The notes: generated from the sequence alone by a model not told the origin. DNA of 63,990 nucleotides, filler included, from Craspedostauros australis (GCA_030167865.1; 14 parts of 14 records of this genome joined end to end with filler, not necessarily neighbours in it), one strand, 5' to 3'; positions 1 through 12,750 are shown, counted from the first letter of the whole stretch. Program-made: numbers and translations.

Positions 1-361
1 TCATGGATACAGAAGATGAACTTCAAATGGCGAGTACTCATGGAGTAGGAGCCAGTACTGAATGATCGGAGTGTTGAATACGGAGTACGTATCGAACACG
101 GAGTATCGTGTACGACGAGCACACGATGTTGAGAGAGAGAGAGAGAGAATACAGAGAGAGAAGCGAGAGAGTATCTCGCGTACCAACTCATAGTCGGAGA
201 CCGAATCTACGAAACAGATTGAAGCGCCGAGAGCATCGGGCAAGAGAACGGGCGTACACCGAGAGCATCGGAGTAGCCAAGTAATGAAATAGCAAACGAA
301 CGACTATCAACCAACACCATCTTCCACGATTGTAGGTTACCGTGCGCGGAACTTGCCAACA
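1..361. mobile_element. Solo-LTR-like family A, partial copy abutting copia pol
   Basis: Near-identical to the ends of copies at 48464-49254 and 49896-50691; ends ...GCGGAACTTGCCAACA at 361. Confidence 0.8.
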
Positions 362-3300
362 GACCCCGCTGGAACTGTCCGGTACCCCACAAGGATGGAA
401 GACCAAGATCCCACCGAAAAGAGGGTATGCAGCGACGGCCAAGACGACACACCCGCGGGCATGGGAGAACAAGACCGACAAACTGACGCGACCCACCGGG
501 ATCCCTGATTCAGGGGAGGCACGGAACACAGGACCTGTCACCCGGTCCCAAACGCTAACCAAACGGACAGCGAAGGCACCCACGACGCATGCCACCGAGA
601 AGGACAAACCGCGAACGAACCGCAATACGCCAGACAGGGGAGACTCTGACCCAGGGTCTTTGTACCTTCCATGTTCGTCGGGACCACCATCATACCAACG
701 CATGGATGACGGCCCCGAAGAAAGGGGAGGGAATAAGAGGACCAAGCAAAACAAACGGTCCGTTTTGTCCACAGGCACCAGGAAAGGCATCCCATGGAAG
801 AACATCGTACATGGAACAATCAGATCCATAATCCAGACCATCGCAGCGGACCCAGTCACGACAGGCGTGAATACCGCGCCACCGCAAAGGATACCCACCC
901 TAACAAACCATCCAGGGAACCCGAGGCAGAACCCACCAGGGTGCAACACGAACATCCCATGGGACACGACATCCATCTCCTTTGCCTGCAACCTCACAGC
1001 AACAGAAGTCAACCAACTCGCATACCTGGCTCAATGCGACNNNNNNNNNNNNNNNNNNNNNTACACCGAAAGAGACAACTTCATCCTCGATGGAAGGAAC
1101 CTCAACTGGAAGGCAAAGGGAATCACTCGTCACCACCACGAGACACGAGAGGACGGAACCACCGAAGCAATCCTAGAGATCCTATGGATGAACAGAATGC
1201 GATCATGGTGCAGGATGGGAGACTTGAGGGCCCAACAGCCGGACATCATCATCAAATACACCGAACAGAACCGCCTACAGGACCAGAAGGGATTCGAATG
1301 GGTGGAACTCCACAGAGCAAGGAACCAGCACATGCGATCAATGCTAGCCACCAAACTGGCGAACCATCGCCCAGGAAACAAGTACAAGTTCGGCACCCTG
1401 GTACCCAACAGCNNGAAACACGCCATGGCTATCGACAGGCTCAACGGAAACGGACTCTGGAGCGAAGCCATCAACAAGGAACTGGACCAGATCAAGCGGT
1501 TGGGAACCTTCAGACAACCAAGACCGAACGAAGCACTCGATGGGTACACCAAGATCCCATACCACATCGTCTACGACGTGAAGTTCGACTTACGTCGAAA
1601 GGCAAGACTGGTGGCAAACGGGAACAAGACATCCCCACCAACAGAAGACGTATACTCAGGGGTGGTAGCATCAGNNNNNNNNNNNNNNNNNNNNNNNNNN
1701 NNNNNNNNNNNNNNNNNNNNNNNNNNNNNNNNNNNNNNNNNNNNNNNNNNNNNNNNNNNNNNNNNNNNNNNNNNNNNNNNNNNNNNNNNNNNNNNNNNNN
1801 NNNNNNNNNNNNNNNNNNNNNNNNNNNNNNNNNNNNNNNNNNNNNNNNNNNNNNNNNNNNNNNNNNNNNNNNNNNNNNNNNNNNNNNNNNNCCACGAACA
1901 CTTCGCGGACACCCTTCGAACCATGGGATTCCTACCCTCCAAGGCCGACAACGACATCTACACCCGAGAAGCCGATGACCACTACAAAATGATCACCACA
2001 TACGTGGATGACGTACTGGTCTTCAGTAAGGACCCCATCCCAATCATCAACGACCTCAAGAAACGGTACACCATGAAGCAATGCGGTGACCCAGAATACT
2101 ACCTTGGCGGAAACATCGTCGACCTTCCCAAGAACTGGAAGGACAGGGGAGTCAACATCGGACTCTCGGCCCAGACATACATCGGAAACGTCATCAAACG
2201 AGTGGANCAACTAGTAGGGAAGACAATCCCGAAGGCATCCACCCCCATGGTAGAGGCCTGCCACCCAGAAAGCGACACCTCGGACTTCACAAGCACTGAA
2301 GACGCCAGGACCTACCGATCAATACTGGGTTGCCTCAATTAGGTCGTGACCCTTGGGAGGTTGGACATCCAATATGCCACGACGACTATGGCACGGTTCG
2401 CTATGGCACCAAGGGAAGGACACCTCTTGACCATCCAACGCATCGTCGGGTACCTCAAAGGTCGAGAAAGGGGAGCCATCCTCTGCGACCCCAATCCAGT
2501 GGACCACACGAACATCGACACTACCCTCTCAAGCCATTGGAGAGAATTCTACCCTACCGCAGCAGAAGTCACCCCCGTATCAGTACCAACACCAAAAGGG
2601 AAGCCGGTCCAAATCACGTGTTACGTGGATGCCGACCACGGCCATGACCAGGTCACACGGAAATCCATGACGGGCGTGGTTCTATTGATCAACAACACCA
2701 TCGTCAAGACCATCTGCAAGCGACAGAACACAGTGGAAACATCCACCTACGGATCCGAATTGGTAGCTGCTAGGATAGCTACCGAAGCGGTCTCCGGTCT
2801 ACGCTACATGCTGAGAGACCTCGGAGTCCCTATCGACGGACCAGCAATCATGCTCGGAGACAACAAGGCGGTGGTACTCAACACTACGGTCCCATCCTCA
2901 ACACTGAAGAAGAAACACTGCTCATTGGCTTTCCACCAAAGCCGGGAATGCATCGCCGCTGGAATCATCGTGTTCGCCCACATCGCGTCAGCTGACAACA
3001 TCGCCGACATACTAACCAAACCTCTTTCCAAGACACCATTCCACCACATCACGTCGAGAACGATATTCCGGAACTCGATCCACGAGTCCGAATACCACAA
3101 CGAAGCCATATCACCAGACATAACACAGAACAGGACGACCAGAGCAGATGATGATCCTGATCTAATGGCCACGGAAACGCGAGGACCACCACCACCGAAA
3201 GAAGAACACACCATGAGCGTGAACATGGCGAGGTATCAACAGACCTCCATGAAATACAGTCCGACATCGAAAACCCTTCGGCTAACCAGAACCCAACGAG

Positions 3301-3383
3301 AACCGACCCCCCCCCCTCGAAACAGCACAAAGAAGAACACCCAGACCCATCAAGCGCACCAAGAGCACACCGGCCTCGCCTAA
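362..3383 (+). pseudogene. Ty1/copia (CoDi-I-like) pol: RT and RNase H, with in-frame stop
   Basis: Motifs KYKFGTLVP..DRLNGNGLW, YDVKFDLRRKARLVANG, YVDD, YVDADHGHD, VETSTYGSE, LGDN, NIADILTK; TAG at 2340-2342 where Trp is expected. Confidence 0.92.
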
Positions 3384-3420
3384 CCGCCAACAGACGCGAA
3401 ATTCCAGTGTCGCATGCGAC

Positions 3421-4314
3421 ATGATTGACATTCATGCCACGAATCAAAATCATGTGCCTACCGACAATTTCCTGATCCGGCGTGGTGACACACCACCATC
3501 AGCCCTCACCGACGAATTCAGCACACTCTCGAGCATCAATCCTTCTGGGGCATCATGTGGAAGCGAAGTCCTCTACTACCCAAGAGACATGCTGGAGACA
3601 GGGCCCATCATACCATCCAACCAATCACACGTCGCCACATCGACCAAGTTCCGGAAACCGACACCTGGAGCGACCATGCCTGCTATCGAAGAAGGCAACT
3701 GTGAAACTTCCTTCCACACGGGCCTGACGCCACAAGTTTTCGTCACACCTGAGCACGAAACATACAGGTGTGACATGCTGATTGCTGAACTCCAGGAAGA
3801 CCTGGCACGGAACGCGACCGCACCCGCTTTCGCATTCCGCAACATGAACATGCCTTCACCACAAAAACGGAGCCGCCATAATCAAGATCCTGGACACCAC
3901 CTCTCTCCATTCCAGACAAGAGCACCCAACATGACGTTCCCAAAGCACACCCCGTTCTACAATGACACCCACTGTCCCGTCCCCGGATCCAGGGTGCTAT
4001 ATCCTGCAGGAAAGAAGGGAACCTTCCAAGGAATCGTCGTCGGATACAGTGGCCGCAGAGTCCGAATCTACTGCACGAAGGGAAACATTAAGGCACCAAC
4101 CGGCCTTGTTACCTTCGTAGAAAAACAATCCATCTACCCCCTCACCCTCTCCGAATATATGGACAATGAACTCCAAACCAACAAGGTCCTCAGCATCGCC
4201 ATAGCCGATGGACAGTGCTACTACTCCGCTGAAGACGGCGCATGGGGCGAACCACCCGACGAGTTCCGCGCAACTGTCAGGAATCGAGGGTGCGACTATG
4301 TCGTGTTATCCTAG
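3421..4314 (+). CDS. Unknown ORF immediately 3' of copia RNase H (possible frameshifted pol extension)
   Basis: 297-aa ORF with the same A/C-rich composition as pol; its frame is open from 3286 and overlaps pol across a C10 run at 3307-3316. Confidence 0.5.
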   Translation: MIDIHATNQNHVPTDNFLIRRGDTPPSALTDEFSTLSSINPSGASCGSEVLYYPRDMLETGPIIPSNQSHVATSTKFRKPTPGATMPAIEEGNCETSFHTGLTPQVFVTPEHETYRCDMLIAELQEDLARNATAPAFAFRNMNMPSPQKRSRHNQDPGHHLSPFQTRAPNMTFPKHTPFYNDTHCPVPGSRVLYPAGKKGTFQGIVVGYSGRRVRIYCTKGNIKAPTGLVTFVEKQSIYPLTLSEYMDNELQTNKVLSIAIADGQCYYSAEDGAWGEPPDEFRATVRNRGCDYVVLS

Positions 4315-4406
4315 ATTGCCGCACCTCCCATAATACCAAAAATAGACCCACCGATCTATCAAAGTCGGGCACGCTCCCAAGTCTATTGTGGACCTCCTCC
4401 TCTGTG

Positions 4407-5064
4407 TGTCAAGAGTATGACGGACGACGGACAGACTAATCGTGAGACATGGTTTGAGTGGACTGACGAAATGGTATGGCGAACAATGGATGTGAAAGGG
4501 AGACTGGAACACCGAAGTGCTCCAAGCATGAGGGTTGACCGGTTAACCTGAAACATCTATGCGAATGCGCTAACGCAGTTGAGTCGCTCGGAACCCAGAA
4601 CATGATTACGTGACTGACAGAGAACCAGCGAAGGAGAACAAAGCGCGGACTGGAACAGCATTGAAGGACTGGACTGATCGTGCCAGAACTCCATGTTCTG
4701 AGCAAGTGTGATTGTCAGTGAACATGTGAGAAGAGTGAGTGAACAACACGGAAGAGTGCACTGAATGAGTGATGGATGTCTGATGAGAAGAGAGTGAATC
4801 GAGCATCGGCATGCATGCACCTCAGGAGTGTAGACTGATCTCTCAACAGCTGAGCATGGTGAAATGCACTTGTCATGAGCAATGAAATGGACATGACGGA
4901 GAGAGATTGTAATGATGATTATGAGGGGCAACTACAGGAGGCCATCAGCATCATCATGGGCAAACGAGTTGACGATTTGAGAAATGAATGTGTTGTTCTC
5001 ACAGTTCTAAAACGGTACAGTTTAATAAGCATTAGACTATATCTATAACCCCGGATTTCCAACA
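4407..5064. mobile_element. LTR-like element related to family B
   Basis: Starts TGTCAAGA and ends ACCCCGGATTTCCAACA, the reverse complement of the family B terminus TGTTGGAAATCCGGGG; no TSD found. Confidence 0.55.
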
Positions 5065-5071
5065 CGCGACC

Positions 5072-5561
5072 ATGCGGAAACCGTCCATATGTCACTTCTT
5101 CAAGGTGAGGAAGAACCGGATCCCAATTATCTTCGCACGCGCAAGGAAGGCACGAGTGGTCCGAAAACAAAGCGACACCCTCGCCGCCAACCTCACACGA
5201 GAGAAGAGAGCACTCGCGGATGAACCCGATCCCCCCACCGACGAGGATGAGATGGTCGACGGAATACCATCCCTTGAAGACACCAGACCCAGTCTCGAAG
5301 TGGGAGAGACACCAGAAAGCAGGTTCTTGGATGAGATCCCGGATGGATACTTCGACAAGAAGATGACCGCAGAAGAAGCCATCCATCAGGAATCTGAATC
5401 AGAGGTGTATCACGATGGAGATCAAGAATCGCAGGACTCAGAAGATGTGATTGACGTGGAAGCAGAGATCGCGAGTGGAGCAGTAATCAGCCATCCCAGA
5501 CCCCCCATCAGGCGATCCTCACGACCATCACCGGCGTCCAAAATCTTGACAGCCACGCGAG
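5072..5561 (+). CDS. 5' part of a probable retroelement gag-like/ORF1 protein, cut by an insertion starting TGTTAGG at 5562
   Basis: About 5505-5561 matches the reverse complement of 59087-59137, where the sequence continues differently; the divergence falls at TGTTAGG. Confidence 0.4.
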
Positions 5562-5990
5562 TGTTAGGAATTGAGGGTACGACTTTGTCGGAATACCCGT
5601 AATTGCCGCACCTCCCAACATTGTTCGTCACAGCTTTGAATATTATTCNTCACATGTTCNGAGACTATTTGTCACACCTTTGTATACCATGTCATTATGA
5701 CTATGACTAAGCATACGGACGCGATTGATACCTGTATAACCGCGAGGAAGGTAGCCTGTCCTCCGGTAACGTAAGGAAGACACCCAGGGTGGATCAGGAG
5801 GTCCCGATACCACGCCAACCATGACAACCATCCAGACGACGACGTCGATCAGAGCAGCATGCCCATGGGCAAGTGACGCACCTTCTTCAGAGGACAGCAC
5901 GCGCCCCTCCTGCGGACAAGAACATCCGCAGGTTTGGAAACATCAGNNNNNNNNNNNNNNNNNNNNNNNNNNNNNNNNNNNNNNNNNNNN

Positions 5991-6002
5991 TTAATTAATT
6001 AA
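5991..6002. other. Artificial scaffold linker; also at 9716, 14822, 21892, 24607, 31824, 39471, 46661, 49481, 52412, 55019, 59183, 62453
   Basis: Identical TTAATTAATTAA (stops in all six frames) embedded in N runs, 13 times. Confidence 0.97.
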
Positions 6003-6046
6003 NNNNNNNNNNNNNNNNNNNNNNNNNNNNNNNNNNNNNNNNNNNN

Positions 6047-7262
6047 CGAAGAGGTACTTCACACACTCCAACTGGCCGCTGTGGCATGCCTCATGAAGGG
6101 GAGTGAGACCATTGTTGTTTTGGCAGTTGATGTTCGCCTCACATGATTCGAAGAGGTACTTCACACACTCCAACTGGCCGCTGTGGCATGCCTCATGAAG
6201 GGGAGTGAGACCATCGCTGTCTTGGCAGTTGACGTTCGCCTCACATGATTCGATGAGGTACTCCACACACTCCAGCTGGCCTTTGTAGCATGCCCAATGA
6301 AGGGGAGTCCGACCATAGTTGGCTTTGCAGTTGACGTTCGCTCCACCTGATTCGGTGAGGTACTCCACGCACTCCAGCTGGCCTTTGTAGCATGCCCAAT
6401 GAAGGGGAGTGTCACCATTGTTGTCTTTGCAGTTGATGTTCGCCTCACATGATTCAATGAGGTACTCCACGCACTCCAGCTGGCCGTTGCGGCATGCCCA
6501 ATGAAGGGGAGTGGAACCATTGTTGTCTTGGCAGTTGATGTTCGCCTCACATGATTCAATGAGGTACTTCACACACTCCAGCTTGCCTTTGCGGCATGCC
6601 CAATGAAGGGGAGTGGAACCATTGTTGTTTTGGCAGTTGATGTTCGCCTCACATGATTCGAAGAGGTACTTCACACACTCCAGCTTGCCTTTGCGGCATG
6701 CATCATGAAGGGGAGTGGAACCATTGTTGTTTTGGCAGTTGATGTTCGCCTCACATGATTCGATGAGGTACTTCACACACTCCAGGTGGCCGTTGCGGCA
6801 TGCCTCATGAAGGGGAGTGAGACCATTGTTGTTTTGGCAGTTGATGTTCGCCTCACATGATTCGAAGAGGTACTTCACACACTCCAACTGGCCGCTGTGG
6901 CATGCCTCATGAAGGGGAGTGAGACCATTGTTGTTTTGGCAGTTGACGTTTGCCTCACATGATTCGAAGAGGTACTTCACACACTCCAACTGGCCGCTGT
7001 GGCATGCCTTATGAAGGGGAGTGAGACCATTGTTGTTTTGGCAGTTGACGTTTGCCTCACATGATTCAATGAGGTACTTCACACACTCCAGCTGGCCTTT
7101 GTAGCATGCATAATGGAGGGGAGTGGAACCAACCGAGTTTGTAACCTTGTTGACATCAACTCCTTCATTCTGCGTCTTGTTCTGCTTCTTCCATTCCTTC
7201 AACACTGACAAGTCACCTGCCTCGGCAGCATCAAGGAGTTGTTCGTTCGTAACATTCGGCAT
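6047..7262 (-). CDS. Ankyrin-repeat protein, 3' truncated by scaffold end
   Basis: N-cap plus 10 complete and 1 partial 34-aa repeats, xTPLHxACxxGxLECVxYLxESCEANxNCxxxxG; 102-bp DNA period. Confidence 0.95.
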
Positions 7263-7594
7263 GTTGAGAGGATGGTTGATGGTTGGTGGTCTTTTGGCGT
7301 TGGATTGGCTGTCAAGGAAGTGTGTGGTCTGAGCTATCTACTATGAGGAAGAGATATCGATGGTGTGTCTTCAATAGCTTGTAGTAGTACGCGTATCATA
7401 CACTGCGTGATGAATAGTAGTATGAGTGGCAATCCGATGTCTGTTGTTGTCTTGTTCGCACGTGTCCTCTCTTTCTCTCTTTGCGCACAAGCATCATCGT
7501 GTTTGCCTCCTTCTCTTGATCGCACCCCTCTCTGGTTCGTGCGGCTTGGATCCTCCTGTTCCCATCCATCACGAGTATGTACTACTACTTCTAC

Positions 7595-7830
7595 GAGCCC
7601 CCTTAGTGAGTCGACCTGCATGTTTTTATTGGACTCTACAAGTTTTATCTTGGATATCAAAACCAAGCACATATTCGCAGTCCTCTTAGTCTCCATATAA
7701 ATAATTAACCAATGGATTTTTGATATAGACCTTATTTTAAGTTTTATGGATAGTCAAAAATATGATAAAGTCGTATGGGTCGACCCCGTGAAACTACTTG
7801 TTGTTTTTCAGAAGGTTCCATGCTGTTCCG
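7595..7830 (+). repeat. Conserved non-coding terminus-like block of family X, copy 1
   Basis: Shares GAGCCC.....GTGAGTCGACC, AAGCACATATTCGCA, TAGTCTC, CTTATTTTA.GTTTT and CAGAAGGTTC in colinear order with 39185-39420; more diverged versions at 41122-41355. Confidence 0.65.
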
Positions 7831-7942
7831 CTGCATTTATCAAAAGGCGGTCAGTCATGGACCGGACGCAGAAGATGTCGTTCGTTTGGTACGCGTTAAA
7901 TACACGTTAGCATGTGGTGCATCATCTCACATTTTGCTCGTC

Positions 7943-8210
7943 ACAACACACATCACACAAAACACATCACACAAAACACATCACACAAAACACATCACAC
8001 AAAACACATCACACATCACACATCACACATCACACATCCAACATCATCGCCATCCGCTCACAACTTCGGAAGTCATCGCCACTCTTTCGCTCCATTTCAC
8101 AACTTTCCTCGCCAATGCCATGCGCACTCGCTGTTGTGTTCCATGCTTGTGCTCGCTCTAGTAGTGTAGTTGTAGTTGTTGTAGTTGTAGTTGTTGTAGT
8201 TGTAGTTGTT
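7943..8210. repeat. Microsatellites (CACATCACACAAAA)n/(CACAT)n and (GTTGTA)n
   Basis: Directly visible at 7943-8045 and 8162-8210. Confidence 0.85.
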
Positions 8211-8328
8211 GCCAGCTTCTCGACCTTTCATCGCATGCTCTCCTTCCTCACTTCGTCTCCGACCTGTGCAGATCATCACATCCGACCTGCTAACAACTAT
8301 ACTCAGCAGCAACAGCAACAACTACAAC

Positions 8329-9671
8329 ATGCCTCTCTCCACCACCGCCAAGGCCAAGGATGCCAACCCCTCCCCCTGTAAGAAACCGCGTTCTGCTTAC
8401 CCTGTGTCTGCTCCTCCTGTTGACTCCAAGGGAAACTTGCTCCCTACCGCGGAGCAACTGTTGCCCGACAAGCCATCCCCTGCAGTCCAGAAGCCAACCA
8501 CCATCACGCAAGTGATTGATGTGAAGCCGATGCATGCAGCGGATGGCAGCCTCGTCCCGAACAGTACGCATGCGCACGCTCGCGTGCTGCATGTGTTCGT
8601 TCACATCCTCGATGACAACGGAGGCGTCTTCGACGACTCCAATGTCAGGGTGCGATCCGAGGGACGAGGTGTCGGCGATNNNNNNNNNNNNNNNNNNNNN
8701 NNNNNNNNNNNNNNNNNNNNNNNNNNNNNCAACAACTACAACATGCCTCTCTCCACCACCGCCAAGGCCAAGGATGCCAACCCCTCCCCCTGTAAGAAAC
8801 CGCGTTCTGCTTACCCTGTGTCTGCTCCTCCTGTTGACTCCAAGGGAAACTTGCTCCCTACCGCGGAGCAACTGTTGCCCGACAAGCCATCCCCTGCAGT
8901 CCAGAAGCCAACCACCATCACGCAAGTGATTGATGTGAAGCCGATGCNTGCAGCGGATGGCAGCCTCGTCCCGAACAGTACGCATGCGCACGCTCGCGTG
9001 CTGCATGTGTTCGTTCACATCCTCGATGACAACGGAGGCGTCTTCGACGACTCCAATGTCAGGGTGCGATCCGAGGGACGAGGTGTCGGCGATGGAGCAG
9101 TGGTGAGCGTTATCGTGAGCGCGCCACCCCCTGCTGTGCCTGATGCTGCACCACCTGTCGAGCCTGCCCCACCAGCAAGGCTCCCTCGTCGCTGCAATGC
9201 TGTTGTAGCTGGTGGCTATGCAGACACCTCCAATGACAGCGACACCACCTACGACGACAACGACAGGGGGGAAGGAACGCGTGCCAGCAGGAACAGGAGA
9301 GGAGGTCAGTTCGGGTATGATCCGCAAGAGGGGGAGAACTGGAGGCGCCCTGCTGTGATTCGCGTGATGGAGTTGCTCACGGATCACTTCGACATGAACG
9401 TGTTTACTTCCATGCCTCCCAAGGGATTCGTGCTTGGCTGGAATTGCGACAGGCACACATGGTGGAATGTAACACGTGTGTGGGTCAACGTGGCTTCTGC
9501 GCTCTGGGGTGTCTTGCTCCCCCAGGAGGAGTTGCCAACACGCCAGATGCAGCAGGTCGTGGAGTTTGTCCGCGCGCGCGCGGATCTACCGCCGCCTGCA
9601 CTCGGTCCAAATCTGTACACCCTATGTGTTGGGGGGGAACAGACACTGGCTATCGCAGCTAGAGCTGTCCT
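8329..9671 (+). CDS. Family X ORF, N-terminal part (unknown, probably transposon-encoded)
   Basis: Clear paralog of 42678-46535 (NPSPxKKPRS, GNLxPTxEQLLP, PTRQMxxVVxFVRAR, LxPNLY); first ~115 codons duplicated across an N-gap. Confidence 0.6.
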
Positions 9672-9771
9672 NNNNNNNNNNNNNNNNNNNNNNNNNNNNN
9701 NNNNNNNNNNNNNNNTTAATTAATTAANNNNNNNNNNNNNNNNNNNNNNNNNNNNNNNNNNNNNNNNNNNN

Positions 9772-12209
9772 GTGAACGATGCTGATGCCGCAAACCACCA
9801 ACGCATCAAGATGCTCCTCTCCATCGACGACGGAGCTGTCAACGACCTCATCTCGTATGTGGAACTGTCCGATCTTATCGAACAACAGACCGACAGCAGC
9901 ACCAATGGAGAAGACGCCAAGTGGGGATTCCACAGCATCACAGGACATGAAGGTCCCCTGGTGACAACCTCCAACCGATACAAAGGATCCAAATACAACT
10001 TGATCATCCAATGGGATGATGGATCCTTGACCACAGAACCGCTCTCGCTGATGATCCAAGACGATCCTGTGTTGTGCGCTGTCTACGGACGCAAGCATGA
10101 CCTCCTCGAACAGCCAGGGTGGAAGCGTCTCAAGAAGACTGCTGAACGGCAAGGACGCATGCAACGACAAGCACACATTGCCAAGACCAAGACCAAACGA
10201 CACACCAACACACCCATCTACCAATTCGGTGTGCAGGTGCCACGCAACCACCAAGAAGCCATGCGCCTGGATGCCAAGAATGGCAACAACAACTGGGCAA
10301 AGGCAGAGAAAACTGAGATGGAGCAACTCTTTGGTTATGGTACCTTCAAGTCTCTCGGAAAGACAACCGAAGTGCCAGATGGATACCAAAAGATCAGACT
10401 CCAATGGGTGTACGCAGTCAAGCATGACTTGCGTCACAAGGCCCGGTGTGTTGCAGGTGGACATCTGACCGATCCATGCGGCAACACATCCTACGCTGGA
10501 GTTGTGAGCCTTCAATCCCTTCGCATCGCACTACTGGCTGGTGAAACCAATGGTCTACAGACCATGGTAGGCGACATCGGAAACGCTTACCTCGAGGCGT
10601 ACACCAGAGAGAAGATATGCTTCGTCGCAGGAGACGAATTCGGAGACAAGGCAGGCAACATGGTCACCATCGTCAAGGCGCTGTATGGTCTACGCACATC
10701 CGGAGCCAGATTCCATGAGGCACTGGCCGATACCTTGCGAGACATGGGATTCATGCAATGCCGAGCAGATCCTGACGTCTGGATGCGCGACGCCGACACT
10801 CATTGGGAATACGTATGTGTATACGTGGATGACCTGATGGCTGTGATGGCAGATCCCCGATCCTTCTTTGACCAGCTGATGGCACAGTATGGTTACAAGC
10901 TGAAGGGAGTCGGCCCAATCTCATACTACTTGGGAGCTGACTTCGGCAGAGACACTGATGGAACGATGCGCATCAGCGCTCGGTCATACATCAAACGGAT
11001 GTTGATCAACTTCGAGACCATGTTTGATGGGCCACCCCACAAACGAAGCAGTCCCCTCGACAAGGATGACAGTCCTGAACTCGACACTACCCCAGAACTC
11101 GGTGAGATCCAGAAACGACAGTACATGTCTTTGATCGGAGCACTCCAATGGTGTGTCACACTTGGACGATTCGACATCCATGTCGCGGTCATGACGCTCT
11201 CCCGATTCCGATCAGCACCACGAAAGGGACACCTGGATCGAGCAAAGCAAGTGTATGGGTACCTGCGAAAATACCCAGATGCATCCATCCGATTCCGCAC
11301 AGGCATTCCCAAACACGAAGACCNNNNNNNNNNNNNNNNNNNNNNNNNNNNNNNNNNNNNNNNNNNNNNNNNNCCACCCCACAAACGAAGCAGTCCCCTC
11401 GACAAGGATGACAGTCCTGAACTCGACACTACCCCAGAACTCGGTGAGATCCAGAAACGACAGTACATGTCTTTGATCGGAGCACTCCAATGGTGTGTCA
11501 CACTTGGACGATTCGACATCCATGTCGCGGTCATGACGCTCTCCCGATTCCGATCAGCACCACGAAAGGGACACCTGGATNNNNNNNNNNNNNNNNNNNN
11601 NTACCTGCGAAAATACCCAGATGCATCCATCCGATTCCGCACAGGCATTCCCAAACACGAAGACCACTACGAAACCCCCAAACAGGATTGGGCATACACC
11701 GTGTACGGCGACACCACAGAAGAACTCCCATCAGATGCACCTGCTCCACGCGGTAAGGCCATGAGGACAACCACCTTCGTGGATGCGAACTTGCTGCACT
11801 GCAGAGTGTCCGGGAAGTCTGCCACTGGCGTACTCCACCTCGTCAACCAGACACCAATCGATTGGTTCTCGAAGAGACAGTCAACCGTGGAGACAGCAAC
11901 CTACGGATCTGAGTTCGTGGCCGCACGTCTGGCTACCGAACAGATCATATCTCTACGCCTCACGCTCTGTGAGATGGGCATCCCCATCGANGGACCAAGC
12001 TGGATGTTTGGAGACAACCAAGGTGTTCTCTCATCATCGAACATCCCGAACAGCACTCTCACCAAGCGGCACAACGCGCTGGCCTACCACCGCGTTCGAT
12101 CTGCTATCGCTGCAGGGATCATGTGCTTCGTGAAGATCCATGGACACCAGAACGTCGCAGACGTCCTCACGAAGCTCCTTCCCAGATCAATCTTCTGGGA
12201 TTTGGTGCA
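9772..12209 (+). mobile_element. Ty1/copia (CoDi-I-like) pol: RT and RNase H
   Basis: YQFGVQVPRN..LDAKNGNNNW, KHDLRHKAR, DIGNAYLEA, ALYGLRTSG, YVDD, FVDAN, VETATYGSEF, NVADVLTK; one internal segment duplicated across a gap. Confidence 0.95.
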
Positions 12210-12318
12210 NNNNNNNNNNNNNNNNNNNNNNNNNNNNNNNNNNNNNNNNNNNNNNNNNNNNNNNNNNNNNNNNNNNNNNNNNNNNNNNNNNNNNNNNNNN
12301 NNNNNNNNNNNNNNNNNN

Positions 12319-12664
12319 GCTTTATTCCGCACAGCTCTCTCTCGTGTTCCAGCTTAGTTGTGCGTATGAATCGTATCCTGAACCAACACGGACCATGAAA
12401 TGATCACATTACGAGCGAATAGCTCGACGAGAAACGAAACTAAAGAAGTACCAAGGTACTGGGTATCAGACAAAAGGTACCACGATACAAGAACGATACT
12501 GTGAGATAGCTACTGACCCAAACCAGTTGAACTTGAAGAGATGTAAAGATCCTATCCGATGCTTGCAGAACAGAGGAATGCAAGAGCAGAGGCATGGACA
12601 TGAACAGAGGTCAGAGAGTAAGCTCACAACTCCTAAGTTTGTAATAACATTTGAGTTTCCAACA
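12319..12664 (+). mobile_element. Probable 3' LTR of the upstream copia element (start lost in gap)
   Basis: Follows the RNase H end after a short gap and terminates GTTTCCAACA, like families B and C. Confidence 0.45.
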
Positions 12665-12750
12665 GACTTCCAGTGAACGCCACCTTCTCAATCTGATCAA
12701 TTGCAGAAGGACGCGTTTCCCCTTACGTTACCACCAATTCCTCAAGTCTA

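Noticed and set aside
2340..2342. Programmed stop readthrough or alternative genetic code in pol
   Set aside because: A single TGG-to-TAG change at a Trp conserved in the other pol copy; ordinary decay is the simpler explanation
4407..5064. Cognate 3' LTR of the upstream copia
   Set aside because: Preceded by a pyrimidine-rich stretch rather than a polypurine tract; more likely an independent insertion or chimeric join
8310..9090. Apparent tandem duplications (also 11033-11663, 16475-16905, 23242-24038, 25812-26580, 32611-33295, 40127-40287, 47468-48333, 54016-54184)
   Set aside because: Near-identical sequence on both sides of N-gaps indicates scaffolding overlap or haplotype artefacts
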